Assembly (NCBI GenBank): GCA_963738405.1
Contig: CAVTWJ010000009.1
Location: 32,001 to 96,000, forward strand
DNA: 64,000 nucleotides
Direction: 5' to 3'
DNA from: a candidate division FCPU426 bacterium
GTDB lineage: Bacteria > Oederibacteriota > Muellerivitia > Muellerivitales > Muellerivitaceae
Shown here: positions 1-9,104 of the stretch, piece after piece
How positions within the stretch are numbered: the first letter of the stretch is position 1
Layout of the letters: every line of letters starts with the position of its first letter
Notes under the pieces: generated by a model
Seen by the model: only the letters and a program-made list of their open reading frames with translations
Told to the model about the DNA's origin: nothing
Database searches by the model: none
Position numbers and translations under genes: made by a program

Positions 1-661
1 ATCGGGAATCGCCAGGCTAGAGAAAGCTGGAAACCGGGTTTTTATTAAATGGGAGGATGTAGCCCGGTTGACCAAAAGGGAACGGATGAAAGACATAGTG
101 GTTACCAGCTTGGACCCATCTAAAAAAATCATGGTGGATTATCAATTTGAAGGGTTCGAGCAGATTCGAGACAGAGTTTTTATGGAATTCGAGAAAAGGC
201 TGTCCTTGCCAGTGGTGGCCACGACCTACGGCCCAAAATGGATTCATCCCAACTTTGTCTTGATGGGATTTATGGGAGCTTTTATTGGACTATTGTGTTT
301 CGCCCGATTCAGCCAAAAAACCACAGGCGATACGAGCGGGTTTAACTTCTTAATTATCCTTTTAGTGGGTTTTTATTTGTTCATTCTTTTCGCGGAAACA
401 AAAGCGGTGAAGGCCCTGACCTTAAACGGAAATGAAATTATCCTTCGCAAACTTTTTGGAAAGAAAATTCTACAAGGACGTGAAGTGGCGGACATTTCCA
501 TGGATAGTATCGCGGGCCAACACGGGACTTTTTATTACCGAATTCAACTGACTGCCGAAGATGGGAAGAAATACATCTTCGCCAATGATCTTGGAACAGA
601 AGTGGGTGTTTATCCGGTCCTCAAGAAATGGCTGGAGAAACAAAAAGGCGGACGAGGCTAG
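1..661 (+). CDS. Hypothetical membrane protein, 5'-partial (two TM helices followed by a PH-like soluble segment)
   Basis: The frame of ORF 68..661 is open back to the window edge (SGIARLEKAGNRVFIKWEDVARLTKRE...). It has two hydrophobic segments and is AT-richer than the window average. Confidence 0.7.
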   Translation, partial: SGIARLEKAGNRVFIKWEDVARLTKRERMKDIVVTSLDPSKKIMVDYQFEGFEQIRDRVFMEFEKRLSLPVVATTYGPKWIHPNFVLMGFMGAFIGLLCFARFSQKTTGDTSGFNFLIILLVGFYLFILFAETKAVKALTLNGNEIILRKLFGKKILQGREVADISMDSIAGQHGTFYYRIQLTAEDGKKYIFANDLGTEVGVYPVLKKWLEKQKGGRG

Positions 662-811
662 GCCTGAAAAAATCTGTTTTACGACGTCCATTCAACTAAA
701 TCCCTTTTGAGTTAAGCCCTAATAAAAATAATGACTATGTCAATTTGGCAGGCTTTTTCCTACACTTCCCTTCGTTAGCAGGTGTTTTGAGGCGAAGAAA
801 AACAGGGGAGA

Positions 812-1768
812 GTGAACATGAAGCATTTGAGCCAATTGGCAGGGATTGTTTTGTTACTTACCAGTTTTGTGGCGGTTTCCAATGCGGATACGCTTTTTGA
901 ACCCGTGAATTCCAACCAATCTTCCGCTTACCAACGGGACCCATCCAACTTATTGCAGTTCGCCAAGGCCGTTAAACCCACAAAGCACACCGAAGACGCC
1001 GCCGACGAAACCATCAACTTGTTCGATGGTTCGGGAACCTTCGTACAGCTTTACACTGGCTACGACTATTCCATCATGGGCGACATCAGCAACGGTTTTA
1101 ATAACCTCAAGCCGGCCTTCCTCAACGGCAGCCCAAGCCTATCGGCCGCGGGTGGGAGTTTTCAAAACAGCGGTATCCGCACGGGGGTGCTTTACGGCAT
1201 CCACTTGGATTCCTCCAGCAGTTTTGCCTTGGATATCAGCAACGTCACGACCGTGCCTAGCAGTTTGACGTTTTCTACCGGGACGACGCAGGTGGCCAGC
1301 TTCAACCTGTTGCCTTCACTTTTTAGCGCCTCCATCGACTATTCCCTCAACCTCATCCAGGGACCGGGAAGCCGGACCTACGTGGCCCTGGGGGCCGGCT
1401 ATTACCATGGAGCCGTGGCTTATTACGGCAGTGGGGGCGGGTACGGCAGTGGAACCTTCACGGGCGACAATATCGGTGGGACCTTGGGGATTGGGGAAGA
1501 GATCGCCCTAGGTTCGAATTTTGGGTTCAATTTTTCCTTGAACGGCCGTTACGCTTACTTCAGCCGGGCCAGTTCTAGCAATGCTGCCGGCTACGCTGGC
1601 GGATCGGGCACCATTTCCCTGGCGCTCATCCAGCAAGGCCCGACCGGCCGGTTCCTGGTGCCGATTGCGAACAACCTGATCGATGCGAATCCCAACATCG
1701 TTTCCTACGCCGGGATGGACTTTTCGGGCATCGACGCCAACGCGGCGGTGGAATACCACTTTTTCTAA
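812..1768 (+). CDS. Outer-membrane beta-barrel protein (paralog of the barrel in 34692..35957)
   Basis: Signal peptide, amphipathic Gly/aromatic strands (YVALGAGYY, GGTLGIG, NGRYAYFS), C-terminal Phe (VEYHFF), RBS ggggag. Confidence 0.75.
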   Translation: MNMKHLSQLAGIVLLLTSFVAVSNADTLFEPVNSNQSSAYQRDPSNLLQFAKAVKPTKHTEDAADETINLFDGSGTFVQLYTGYDYSIMGDISNGFNNLKPAFLNGSPSLSAAGGSFQNSGIRTGVLYGIHLDSSSSFALDISNVTTVPSSLTFSTGTTQVASFNLLPSLFSASIDYSLNLIQGPGSRTYVALGAGYYHGAVAYYGSGGGYGSGTFTGDNIGGTLGIGEEIALGSNFGFNFSLNGRYAYFSRASSSNAAGYAGGSGTISLALIQQGPTGRFLVPIANNLIDANPNIVSYAGMDFSGIDANAAVEYHFF

Positions 1769-1794
1769 AAGCTTTTCGAAGGTCAGAATTTATT

Positions 1795-1886
1795 TAGTTC
1801 GTTTTTCTAAACGCGGTCCCCGGCACCACTTCCCAATGGGTGGAGCCGGGGTGCATCCAGATCAAAGGTAGGGCCATCCAATCCCC
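1795..1886 (-). repeat. Diverged duplicate of the 3' end of the GT-C/PA14 gene; direct repeat of about 3362..3453
   Basis: 1828..1864 is identical to 3395..3431 (37 bp). The minus strand reads GDWMALPLIWMHPGSTHWEVVPGTAFRKTN* versus GDSMAVNLIWMHPGSTHWEVVPASTFGKINQRKL* in the gene. Confidence 0.9.
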
Positions 1887-1940
1887 TTTAGCGCTCAAAA
1901 CCTATCAGATAATATTGGGTTATTGTTGGTTAATGTTTGG

Positions 1941-1968
1941 TTGATAACTGGAAAATACCGGATAGAAT
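1941..1968 (+). promoter_or_regulatory. Putative sigma70 promoter of the TA operon
   Basis: TTGATA-16 nt-TAGAAT upstream of RBS gggagg and the ATG at 1997. Confidence 0.4.
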
Positions 1969-1996
1969 GCGTAAACTTACTTAGAGGGAGGCGACC

Positions 1997-2365
1997 ATGT
2001 CCACGCCGCTTTTAGATCTGCCAAAAGACCATCTTTCGTTATTTAAAAAAAACAAACCCGACTATGAGAACATCGTGGATTTCCTACATCTCAAAAGGGT
2101 GGATGTGGCAAAGGCAACGGGGCTGGCGACCTCTTCAGTCCGTTTTGATGGGAAAATACCTCAGGAATTATCCGAGATACTTCTTCAATGGGCGGTTTTG
2201 TTCAATAAAGTAGCGGAATTTTTTAAGGGCGATGTTTATAAAACGAATCTTTGGTTCAATGTTCCGAATCCTTTGTTGGGAAATATAACTCCAAAAGATA
2301 TGATCCGGCTGGGCCGCTATAAAAAACTTTATAGTTTTGTTTCACAGGCTATCGAAGACAATTAA
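1997..2365 (+). CDS. Xre/MbcA/ParS-type antitoxin (DUF2384-like C-terminus)
   Basis: N-terminal HTH-like segment (RVDVAKATGLATSSV), C-terminal WFNVPNPLLGNITPKDMI motif, directly upstream of a RES gene. Confidence 0.85.
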   Translation: MSTPLLDLPKDHLSLFKKNKPDYENIVDFLHLKRVDVAKATGLATSSVRFDGKIPQELSEILLQWAVLFNKVAEFFKGDVYKTNLWFNVPNPLLGNITPKDMIRLGRYKKLYSFVSQAIEDN

Positions 2366-2379
2366 AACAGGTATTTAAG

Positions 2380-3297
2380 ATGGATAAGAGCCGGCGAAAA
2401 AAGAAACTTGATTCCCGCGCCTTATCCTTTCTCCTCCCGACCTATTTACCTCTGGATCAATTCAATGTTCTTGACGTGCAGCGTTGGCAATCCGGCCAAC
2501 AAAAGCTCAAGGATTTTTATGGGCAATGGTATTTCGAATTAGCCAGGCAACGTTCCCGGGCGAAAGAATCAATCAATCGCTCACTTCAGAAGGCAAGCAC
2601 ACCCTATTCTTTCTCCCCTTGTTATAGGGTATTTCGCTTTAAATGGGCCTTGGGCCCGCTTTCTTCCAAAGGAAGCCTTAAGGTTCCGGGTGGACGTTTC
2701 AATATCGGTGACATCGACGAGAGCTTATTTCAGAAATTTCCCGCCCTTTATTTGGCTGAAGACGCAGATACGGCTCTCTGTGAAATGATAGGACCGAGAC
2801 GAAATCCTTTGGAAACATTCAACCAATTTGATTTGGCTTCGATTAATGAGAAATCATTATCAATTGTGGCAACTTATGGGGAACTTGAATCGGTGGTGGA
2901 TTTGACCAATCGGGAATGCCTGAAAGAATTTATTGATGTAGTTAAAACTTTTACCGTTTCCAAAAGTCTTGAAAAATTGGCCCAGGAAGTGCGGATCAAT
3001 CTAAATGGCGGCACGGTTAATAGCGTGGATCTTCTTATGGAAACCCTCATGAATCCTAATTGGAGACAATTTCCAATGCATGTCGATGTACCCGCAAATT
3101 CTCAAATATTTGGACAGCTTGTTTGGGACGCAGGAATCGAAGGGGTTGTCTATTCCTCGAAATACACTAATAAAAAGTGTTTTGCGATTTTCCCGAATAA
3201 CCTCAAGGGCGGCGATTCATTTGTGGAAATTATGGATGATGTTCCCAAAGGCGCAATTAAGCGTTTAGACTCCAAAACGTGGGAAAAACTTATTTAA
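2380..3297 (+). CDS. RES-domain toxin (NAD+-degrading / ART-like family) with N-terminal extension
   Basis: GGRFN, ALYLAEDADTALCE and GIEGVVYSS motifs supply the R-E-S triad; 14 nt from the antitoxin; AT-rich. Confidence 0.85.
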   Translation: MDKSRRKKKLDSRALSFLLPTYLPLDQFNVLDVQRWQSGQQKLKDFYGQWYFELARQRSRAKESINRSLQKASTPYSFSPCYRVFRFKWALGPLSSKGSLKVPGGRFNIGDIDESLFQKFPALYLAEDADTALCEMIGPRRNPLETFNQFDLASINEKSLSIVATYGELESVVDLTNRECLKEFIDVVKTFTVSKSLEKLAQEVRINLNGGTVNSVDLLMETLMNPNWRQFPMHVDVPANSQIFGQLVWDAGIEGVVYSSKYTNKKCFAIFPNNLKGGDSFVEIMDDVPKGAIKRLDSKTWEKLI

Positions 3298-3348
3298 ACA
3301 ATAGTGGAAATAAAGTTATAAGACCCGAAAAATTTTTAAGTCCAAGAC

Positions 3349-5493
3349 TCAAAGCTTACGTTGGTTGATCTTCCCGAAAGTAGAGGCTGGCACAACTTCC
3401 CAATGGGTGGAGCCGGGGTGCATCCAGATCAGATTCACGGCCATCGAATCCCCGCCCGTCTTAATAAATTCCACTTTGATCGAATGTTCTCCCTTATGAA
3501 GGTTCAGTTTTTTATCTGAAGGCATTCCCGCTCCATAAATCTTTTTCCCATCCAAGAAAATAGTCCCTTGGTCCTGGGTCAGGCATTCAAATTGATATTC
3601 GCCTGAAGCTGGAATTTCCAAATGGCCCTTCCAGCGGATGCTGAAGGGGGGCGGGTTGGTGAAGGGAAAGTCCTGCTTGCTGGTGAAATTCAAAAGAGGG
3701 TCGCTCTTTACCGTCACGGGAGTCCCCAAAAAGAAGCTGGTGTTCCAATAGGTTCCCGTCAGGCCCTTATCCCAACCCTTGAAAGAATTGACCGTTAGAT
3801 TGGATATGGCGTAGCAGGAGACAAGGGTTCGTCCATCCGGGCTTTGCAAAGCATCCTCTGTGCCTCCAGGAAAAATAGTTTTGAGAAGGTCCAAAACCCC
3901 GGCCTTGCCCTCCTCCGTGAAAAAAACCGCGTCCTTGTCCTTAGCTAAATTTCCGGCGGCCAGATCGTTGAGATTGAAACGAACGATGGCCGCCCCCGAG
4001 GCATCGGCGAGGAACCGGGTGGTATGGTTTTCGTAGTAAAGGGGCGGGAGATAAAAGCGGTAGCGGCCCGGATATAGTTTTTCCAGGTTTTCAACGCCCC
4101 GGCCGATGTAAGTCTGCTCTAACCCAAATGAGGTCTGGCAGGCGGGGTCTTGGTCCATCTTCTCGAAATAGATCAGGTAGTTTTGAACCGCGATGGGGGC
4201 AATCAGGGCAAAACCCAAAAAAGGAATAAGCCATTTCGTTTTATTGGAAAGGGCTAAGCGCCGCCAGAATTCTTCCATCGTGGTTCCGGCGAAATAGGCG
4301 GCAAAGACCGAGAGAATCCAAAGCCGGTTGGAATTGGCGGGGTCATTCGCCAGCGTCCCTACGGCGAGGAAGATCAGAAAACCCGCCAGGGGATAAAACC
4401 CGCCCCTTTCTTTGCGCCGCAACCAAGCCAGGCCCAGCCCCAAAACAAAACAGACCCCGGTGATGTCATCCAGCATCCGGGTTCCCGGCAGATTATGGCG
4501 GGGGTTGGGGTCGCCTTGGCGGTTGAACATCAAAATATTCGAAACCGCCTGGTCCCAGAGGGGTTTCAAACTGTGCTGGGCTTTGATGTTGTTGCCGATG
4601 AAGATGTCGCTCTCCCGGTTTCCCGCCGTGTGGTTCAAGACCAAATAGGCCAAGAGGGGCAGGGCCAAAAGCAAAAAGAGCCCCGCCCAAAGAGCCAGAG
4701 CCCTGGCCTTCTTTGATCCCCTGCGAAACTCGTAAAACCCGAAGAGCAAAAAGAGAAGGGGAACCACTTTGAAGATTTGGTAGGTATAGAGCCCCAGTCC
4801 CAAAAAGAGCGCCGAAGGGTAAAAAGAAGATTTCTGGTTCTTCATGACCCAATGGAGCCAAAAGGCCAGCCCGGCGAAAAGAAAAAAGCCGGTTTGGCAG
4901 GAAGGATACCCGGTGCGGGGCTCAATCCAGTTCCACCGCATGAGCCCCAATAATAGAAACGAAAGGAGGGCGGTTCGGGGGCCCGCTAACTGCCGAATGG
5001 CCCAATAGATGAAAGGGAAAGAAGCCATGGCGAGGGTTACGAAGAACAGGTGGAAGGACAGGTAGGAAGAACCGAAAAGCCAAAACCAACCCGCCAGGAA
5101 ATAGGGAATCAGCAGTTCGGGAACCGGGTAGCTGTAAATGTCGTAAAAGGGCCGCCAGCCCTTCAAAACCCAAAGGCCGTATTCCCCTTCCAGCCCCTGG
5201 TCGGTGTGCATCCCATCGGGCATGGAATCCAGTTGATAGACCCGAAGGAAGAGGGCGATCAGGAAAATAAAAACAAAGGCAACCGTTTCGACATCAAGAG
5301 AAAGGGGCTCGAAAGCCGGGGAGCCGATCTGGGGGTCCCGAAACAACAGCCAAAGGGCCAGGCCGTAAAAAAATAATCCGGGAGCCAAGGTCCAGGGTGC
5401 GCCGGACTGGGCCATCCAGAACTGCCCCAAGGCCGCCGATAGAAGCGGCGCCCAACATTTCATCCAGGAAGGGCGTGTGGTTGAAGGGGGCAA
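3349..5493 (-). CDS. GT-C membrane glycosyltransferase (ArnT/PMT-like) with C-terminal PA14 domain
   Basis: Many TM helices, LRVYQLDSMPDGMHTDQG acidic first loop, PA14-type C-terminus (GLTGTYW, FSIRWKGHLEIPASGEYQF). Confidence 0.85.
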   Translation of the reverse strand: MPPSTTRPSWMKCWAPLLSAALGQFWMAQSGAPWTLAPGLFFYGLALWLLFRDPQIGSPAFEPLSLDVETVAFVFIFLIALFLRVYQLDSMPDGMHTDQGLEGEYGLWVLKGWRPFYDIYSYPVPELLIPYFLAGWFWLFGSSYLSFHLFFVTLAMASFPFIYWAIRQLAGPRTALLSFLLLGLMRWNWIEPRTGYPSCQTGFFLFAGLAFWLHWVMKNQKSSFYPSALFLGLGLYTYQIFKVVPLLFLLFGFYEFRRGSKKARALALWAGLFLLLALPLLAYLVLNHTAGNRESDIFIGNNIKAQHSLKPLWDQAVSNILMFNRQGDPNPRHNLPGTRMLDDITGVCFVLGLGLAWLRRKERGGFYPLAGFLIFLAVGTLANDPANSNRLWILSVFAAYFAGTTMEEFWRRLALSNKTKWLIPFLGFALIAPIAVQNYLIYFEKMDQDPACQTSFGLEQTYIGRGVENLEKLYPGRYRFYLPPLYYENHTTRFLADASGAAIVRFNLNDLAAGNLAKDKDAVFFTEEGKAGVLDLLKTIFPGGTEDALQSPDGRTLVSCYAISNLTVNSFKGWDKGLTGTYWNTSFFLGTPVTVKSDPLLNFTSKQDFPFTNPPPFSIRWKGHLEIPASGEYQFECLTQDQGTIFLDGKKIYGAGMPSDKKLNLHKGEHSIKVEFIKTGGDSMAVNLIWMHPGSTHWEVVPASTFGKINQRKL

Positions 5494-5628
5494 GAGCGAT
5501 CCTTGAGTTGAAATCAGCCACTATCATAACCCATCCGAGGGCTTGGCCGCCGTTGACGGTCCTTCAGCCCGGCCCTAGGATAGGTCTTGCTGAAAAGTAC
5601 CGGCAGTGGCTCAGTTTGAATTAACGCC

Positions 5629-5752
5629 GTCATTGCGAGGCCCAGCCCCAATCGGGGTGGTTTGAGCCGTGGCAATCTCAGTTAAAAGCCGAAAAAAACC
5701 TGGGATTCCCACGTCGCAAACCAAGCCTATCGGCTTTGCTCCTCGGAATGAC
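5629..5752. repeat. Palindromic miniature element (REP/RPE-like gtcattgcgag...ctcggaatgac type)
   Basis: Terminal IR gtcattgcgagg / cctcggaatgac (11/12 match) and inner IR gtggcaatctcag / ctgggattcccac; intergenic. Confidence 0.7.
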
Positions 5753-5808
5753 AAACAGACCTAAAATCTGTTTTATCTTTTTTAAAATTAGTTTCCCCCG
5801 GAGGGAAC

Positions 5809-6312
5809 TTGAAAGCCGCCTCTTGGATCTTGACTGGACTTTTCGCGCTTCTCCTCGTCTGGTCCCTTTCCCAAATGCCCTCACCCGGCGATCCTACCGC
5901 CCCCCTCTCCGTCCATATCAGTTCCCGATACGCCTCCCAATCGGCCTCCGAAACGGGTTTTAACAACCCCTTGTCCGCGGTGCTGGGCGACTACCGGTCT
6001 TTCGACCTTGTCCTCTTATCCCTTCTTTCCCTGGGGGCCTGCCTGGTGGGTTGGGGAAGCGCCCGGGAACAGGAATCCCAACTGCCCCCCCTGCGCCGTC
6101 TCTTTTTCGTTCTTTGCGTCCTGGGAAGCCTGGCCCTCATCGGCCTGGGTTTCTACACCCTCTTCAAGGGATGCCGTTTCCTCGACTATGAATGCTGGGT
6201 GCAATTCGCGCCGCCCGCGGCGGCCAGGGTATTAGGCGCCGAATGGTCACTGGGACTGGCCCTACTGGTATTTTTTCTTTCTTTCTTTGTCCGTTCCAAA
6301 GGGAAACCATGA
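5809..6312 (+). CDS. mrpB: MrpB/MnhB-like membrane subunit (divergent)
   Basis: NNPLSAVLGDYRSFD resembles the MrpB NxVxAxLxDYRxxD motif; FLDY motif; 4-bp overlap with the next gene. Confidence 0.6.
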   Translation: MKAASWILTGLFALLLVWSLSQMPSPGDPTAPLSVHISSRYASQSASETGFNNPLSAVLGDYRSFDLVLLSLLSLGACLVGWGSAREQESQLPPLRRLFFVLCVLGSLALIGLGFYTLFKGCRFLDYECWVQFAPPAAARVLGAEWSLGLALLVFFLSFFVRSKGKP

Positions 6313-6644
6313 CCCCCCACATTCCCCTTATCTTTCAGTACATTCTGCCGTTCGGTTTGGCGGTTTTAGGTTTTTGGGGCCTGACTTCCTTCACCCGCCT
6401 GGACCAAAAAGCGGGAGCTTGGTTGATGCTCCAATTGGCCGTTGGGGTTTTCCTCCTTCAACTCGCTTTTGAAAACCCTGCCGCAGGCTCCACAGGCGCC
6501 AATCCCTTTGTTCTTTCTTTAGGTGTGATGGTCGCCTTAACCGGTCTTTTGGTTTTCTCGCTTCTTTTGGGGCTGGCCATTTTTTTAAAGAGGCAGAACG
6601 GCAGTTGGGACGGGGATGAAATCAACCGGAGGCTGAAACCTTGA
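6309..6644 (+). CDS. mrpC: MrpC/MnhC (NuoK-like) three-TM subunit (divergent)
   Basis: About 111 aa, three TM helices, ANP motif before TM3, GSWDGDEI tail; lies between mrpB-like and mrpD-like genes; start taken as ATG 6309. Confidence 0.6.
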   Translation: MTPHIPLIFQYILPFGLAVLGFWGLTSFTRLDQKAGAWLMLQLAVGVFLLQLAFENPAAGSTGANPFVLSLGVMVALTGLLVFSLLLGLAIFLKRQNGSWDGDEINRRLKP

Positions 6645-8152
6645 ATCCTAACGGGCCGATCCTACTCCTTCTTCTGCCCTGGGTGGGCGCCTTGCTGACC
6701 CTGGGGGCGGCTTTTCTTTCCCGCCGATTATGTTCCCTGATTTATCTCGCGGCCTTGGGGCTGGACGGCTGGATTCTTTTTCAAACCTTTACTCCGGTTC
6801 TTACGAACGGATTTTTGAATTACCAGTTAGGAGGATGGGCCCCGCCCTGGGGGATTGAGCTGGTGGAAACCCCCTTCAACGCCTTGCTTTGCGGTTTTGT
6901 CCTGCTGGTAGCTTTCTCAGCCTGGTTTTACGCCCGAAGGCTCCGCCTGCCGGGGCCCACGGGGGCAAGACGCGAACGATGGCTCCTTTCCCTCTTTTTG
7001 TTTCTTACCGGGACCGCCTTGGGGCTTTTGCTTTTACGGGACGCCTTTTCCCTTTACCTGCTGTTGGAAGCCCTGGTGATTTTTGGAGCGGGGACGATCC
7101 TCCTCCTCAACCCTAAGGGCGCGCTGGACGCCTACCGGCTTTTGCTTTGGGGCAGCGCCGCCGCCACGCTTTATCTTTTGGGAGTGGTTTTTCTCGCAGC
7201 CTCGGCGGGAACCGTCCAACTGGATGACATTCTTGCCCAGCTCTTTACCTCCAAGACCCCGGGCGTGGCCCTGGCCGCAGGGTTTTTAACGGTCTTTGCC
7301 TGGGCCTTCCCGGCCCTATTCCCCGCGCCGGCCCTCTATAGCCGCCTCTTAAACCACACCCCCTCTTTCGTCACCGGCTTTCTGGTTTCCTTGGGGGCTA
7401 GGGCTACGGGCTACCTTTTATTCGTGTTGTGTTTCTTCACCCTGAATGTGCCGGGGCTTCTTTTACCCCTCGGGGCCGAGGCGCTTCTTTACGGCCTCGT
7501 TCTCTTTTTCTTTTCCGGATTTGTCTTGGCCCCGCGCCAGAAAGATTTTCAACAGGCCATGGCCTACTTGGCCGTGGCGCAGGGCGGATACCTTTTGGCG
7601 GGTTTTATTTTGGGCAACAAGAGCGGCCTGGCGGGAAGCCTGCTGGAATTGTTAAGCCAAACCCTGGCCGTGGCCGGGTTGTTCTTCGTGTCGGAGAGCC
7701 TGCGCCAGGGCGCGGGGCCCCACCCCCTTTCCCGGATGATCGGCCTGGCCCGGCACCGCTTCTGGACCTGGACGGCGCTGATGGTTTTTCTGGCCTCGGC
7801 GGTGGGCGTCCCGCCCACGGGCGGGTTCTTCGCGAAGTTCTATTTATTCCAAGGCGCCCTGGAAAAACACGACTGGGTCCTGCTGGCGATTCTTTCCGCG
7901 GCGGCCATCTTTAATCTTTATTACCTGGGCAAATTTACCTTTTACCTTTGCGAGCACCGGCCTTCGGTGCCCGACCTGCCGCCCCCCTCTTTTTCATCCC
8001 TGTTCCCCATCATGGTTTTGGCGGCGGGGGTTTTGTTGCTGGGGGTTCTGCACCAGGAAGTGCTTCAAACTTTTGTGGAGCCGGCCCTGCCCAGGGCCTT
8101 CCAAAACCTGCCGGTGCCCAATGTGCCCTTCCTGGGCAAGGCTGTTGAATAA
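6641..8152 (+). CDS. mrpD: MrpD/MnhD (complex I antiporter-like) subunit, divergent
   Basis: YQLGGWAPPWGIE, FSLYLLLE and GVPPTGGFFAKF motifs; about 14 TM helices. Confidence 0.8.
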   Translation: MNPNGPILLLLLPWVGALLTLGAAFLSRRLCSLIYLAALGLDGWILFQTFTPVLTNGFLNYQLGGWAPPWGIELVETPFNALLCGFVLLVAFSAWFYARRLRLPGPTGARRERWLLSLFLFLTGTALGLLLLRDAFSLYLLLEALVIFGAGTILLLNPKGALDAYRLLLWGSAAATLYLLGVVFLAASAGTVQLDDILAQLFTSKTPGVALAAGFLTVFAWAFPALFPAPALYSRLLNHTPSFVTGFLVSLGARATGYLLFVLCFFTLNVPGLLLPLGAEALLYGLVLFFFSGFVLAPRQKDFQQAMAYLAVAQGGYLLAGFILGNKSGLAGSLLELLSQTLAVAGLFFVSESLRQGAGPHPLSRMIGLARHRFWTWTALMVFLASAVGVPPTGGFFAKFYLFQGALEKHDWVLLAILSAAAIFNLYYLGKFTFYLCEHRPSVPDLPPPSFSSLFPIMVLAAGVLLLGVLHQEVLQTFVEPALPRAFQNLPVPNVPFLGKAVE

Positions 8153-8201
8153 TCCTCCAACCGCGCCTCAAATCTCCCCTAAAAGCTCAATAACCGCTCC
8201 C

Positions 8202-8233
8202 TTGACTCTAGACTATACTCTAGAGTCTATACT
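8202..8233 (+). promoter_or_regulatory. MerR-family promoter/operator (ZntR/CadR type)
   Basis: TTGACT (8202) - 20 nt - TATACT (8228). A perfect 9-bp dyad gactctaga-N6-tctagagtc (8204..8227) fills the long spacer. Confidence 0.9.
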
Positions 8234-8251
8234 TTCTTCAGGGAGAGCCCC

Positions 8252-8641
8252 ATGGAACAAATCCAAGTCAGCCTGCAGATCGGCGAGGTCGCCAAGGCCA
8301 GCGGACTTTCTATCCATACCATCCGCTATTACGAAAAGGAGGGGCTGCTCAAAGAGCCTTTTCGAAGCGGGGGCGGTTTCCGGCTTTACCCTGGTGAAAC
8401 CGTAGATCAACTGCTTTTCATCCAGAAGGCCCAGGGTTTCGGGCTGACCCTGAATGAGATCAAGCAAATCATGTGCTGCGGGGACCAGGGGCTGGGCCCC
8501 TGCTGCGATCTGACGGTGGACCTGTTCGCGAAAAAAATTGACGAGTTCGAGGCCAAGATCAAGGAACTGCAGGGCATGAAGAAGAAATTGAAGACCGTGT
8601 TGGGAAGCTGGGTGGGAAAGAAAAAAAGTAAGGGAGGCTGA
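8252..8641 (+). CDS. MerR-family transcriptional regulator with CC-x7-CC motif
   Basis: IGEVAKASGLSIHTIRYYEKEGLL and FRLY HTH; C75/C76/C84/C85; coiled-coil C-terminus. Confidence 0.92.
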   Translation: MEQIQVSLQIGEVAKASGLSIHTIRYYEKEGLLKEPFRSGGGFRLYPGETVDQLLFIQKAQGFGLTLNEIKQIMCCGDQGLGPCCDLTVDLFAKKIDEFEAKIKELQGMKKKLKTVLGSWVGKKKSKGG

Positions 8642-8642
8642 T

Positions 8643-9083
8643 ATGGCGCAAAAGGTCTTGATTCTCTGCACAAAAAACTCCTGCCGGTCCCAAATGGCGG
8701 AAGGGGTTTTAAAACATTACGGCGGCGATAAGTTCATCGTCGAGAGCGCGGGCTTGGAGCCCACCCACGTCAACAAGAACGCCATCAAGGTGATGGCGGA
8801 AATCGGCATCGACATTTCGGGGCAACATTCAAAAGACGTAGTCGATTTTCTCGGGGATTACTTCGGCTACATCATCACCGTCTGCTCCGACGCGGATCAA
8901 AGATGCCCTATCTTCCCTGGGGTATCCAGGAGGCTCTATTGGCCCTTTAACGACCCGCCCCAGACGGAAGTGGAAACGCCGGAGATTCTGGATGAGTTCC
9001 GGAAGGTGAGGGACGAGATCGTCGTAAAGTTCAAGGAAGTCGCTGAGAAGGGCTTCCCGCTTATCGCCGAGTCGAAGGGTTAA
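8643..9083 (+). CDS. arsC: Arsenate reductase, thioredoxin-coupled LMW-PTP type
   Basis: CTKNSCRSQMAEG P-loop plus TVCSDADQRCP resolving cysteines; ars context. Confidence 0.9.
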   Translation: MAQKVLILCTKNSCRSQMAEGVLKHYGGDKFIVESAGLEPTHVNKNAIKVMAEIGIDISGQHSKDVVDFLGDYFGYIITVCSDADQRCPIFPGVSRRLYWPFNDPPQTEVETPEILDEFRKVRDEIVVKFKEVAEKGFPLIAESKG

Positions 9084-9104
9084 AAATTCGAGGAGGAGTC
9101 TGGA

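Noticed and set aside
1795..3453. Repeat pair as a DGR template/variable repeat
   Set aside because: Mismatches are not confined to adenines, and there is no reverse transcriptase in the window.
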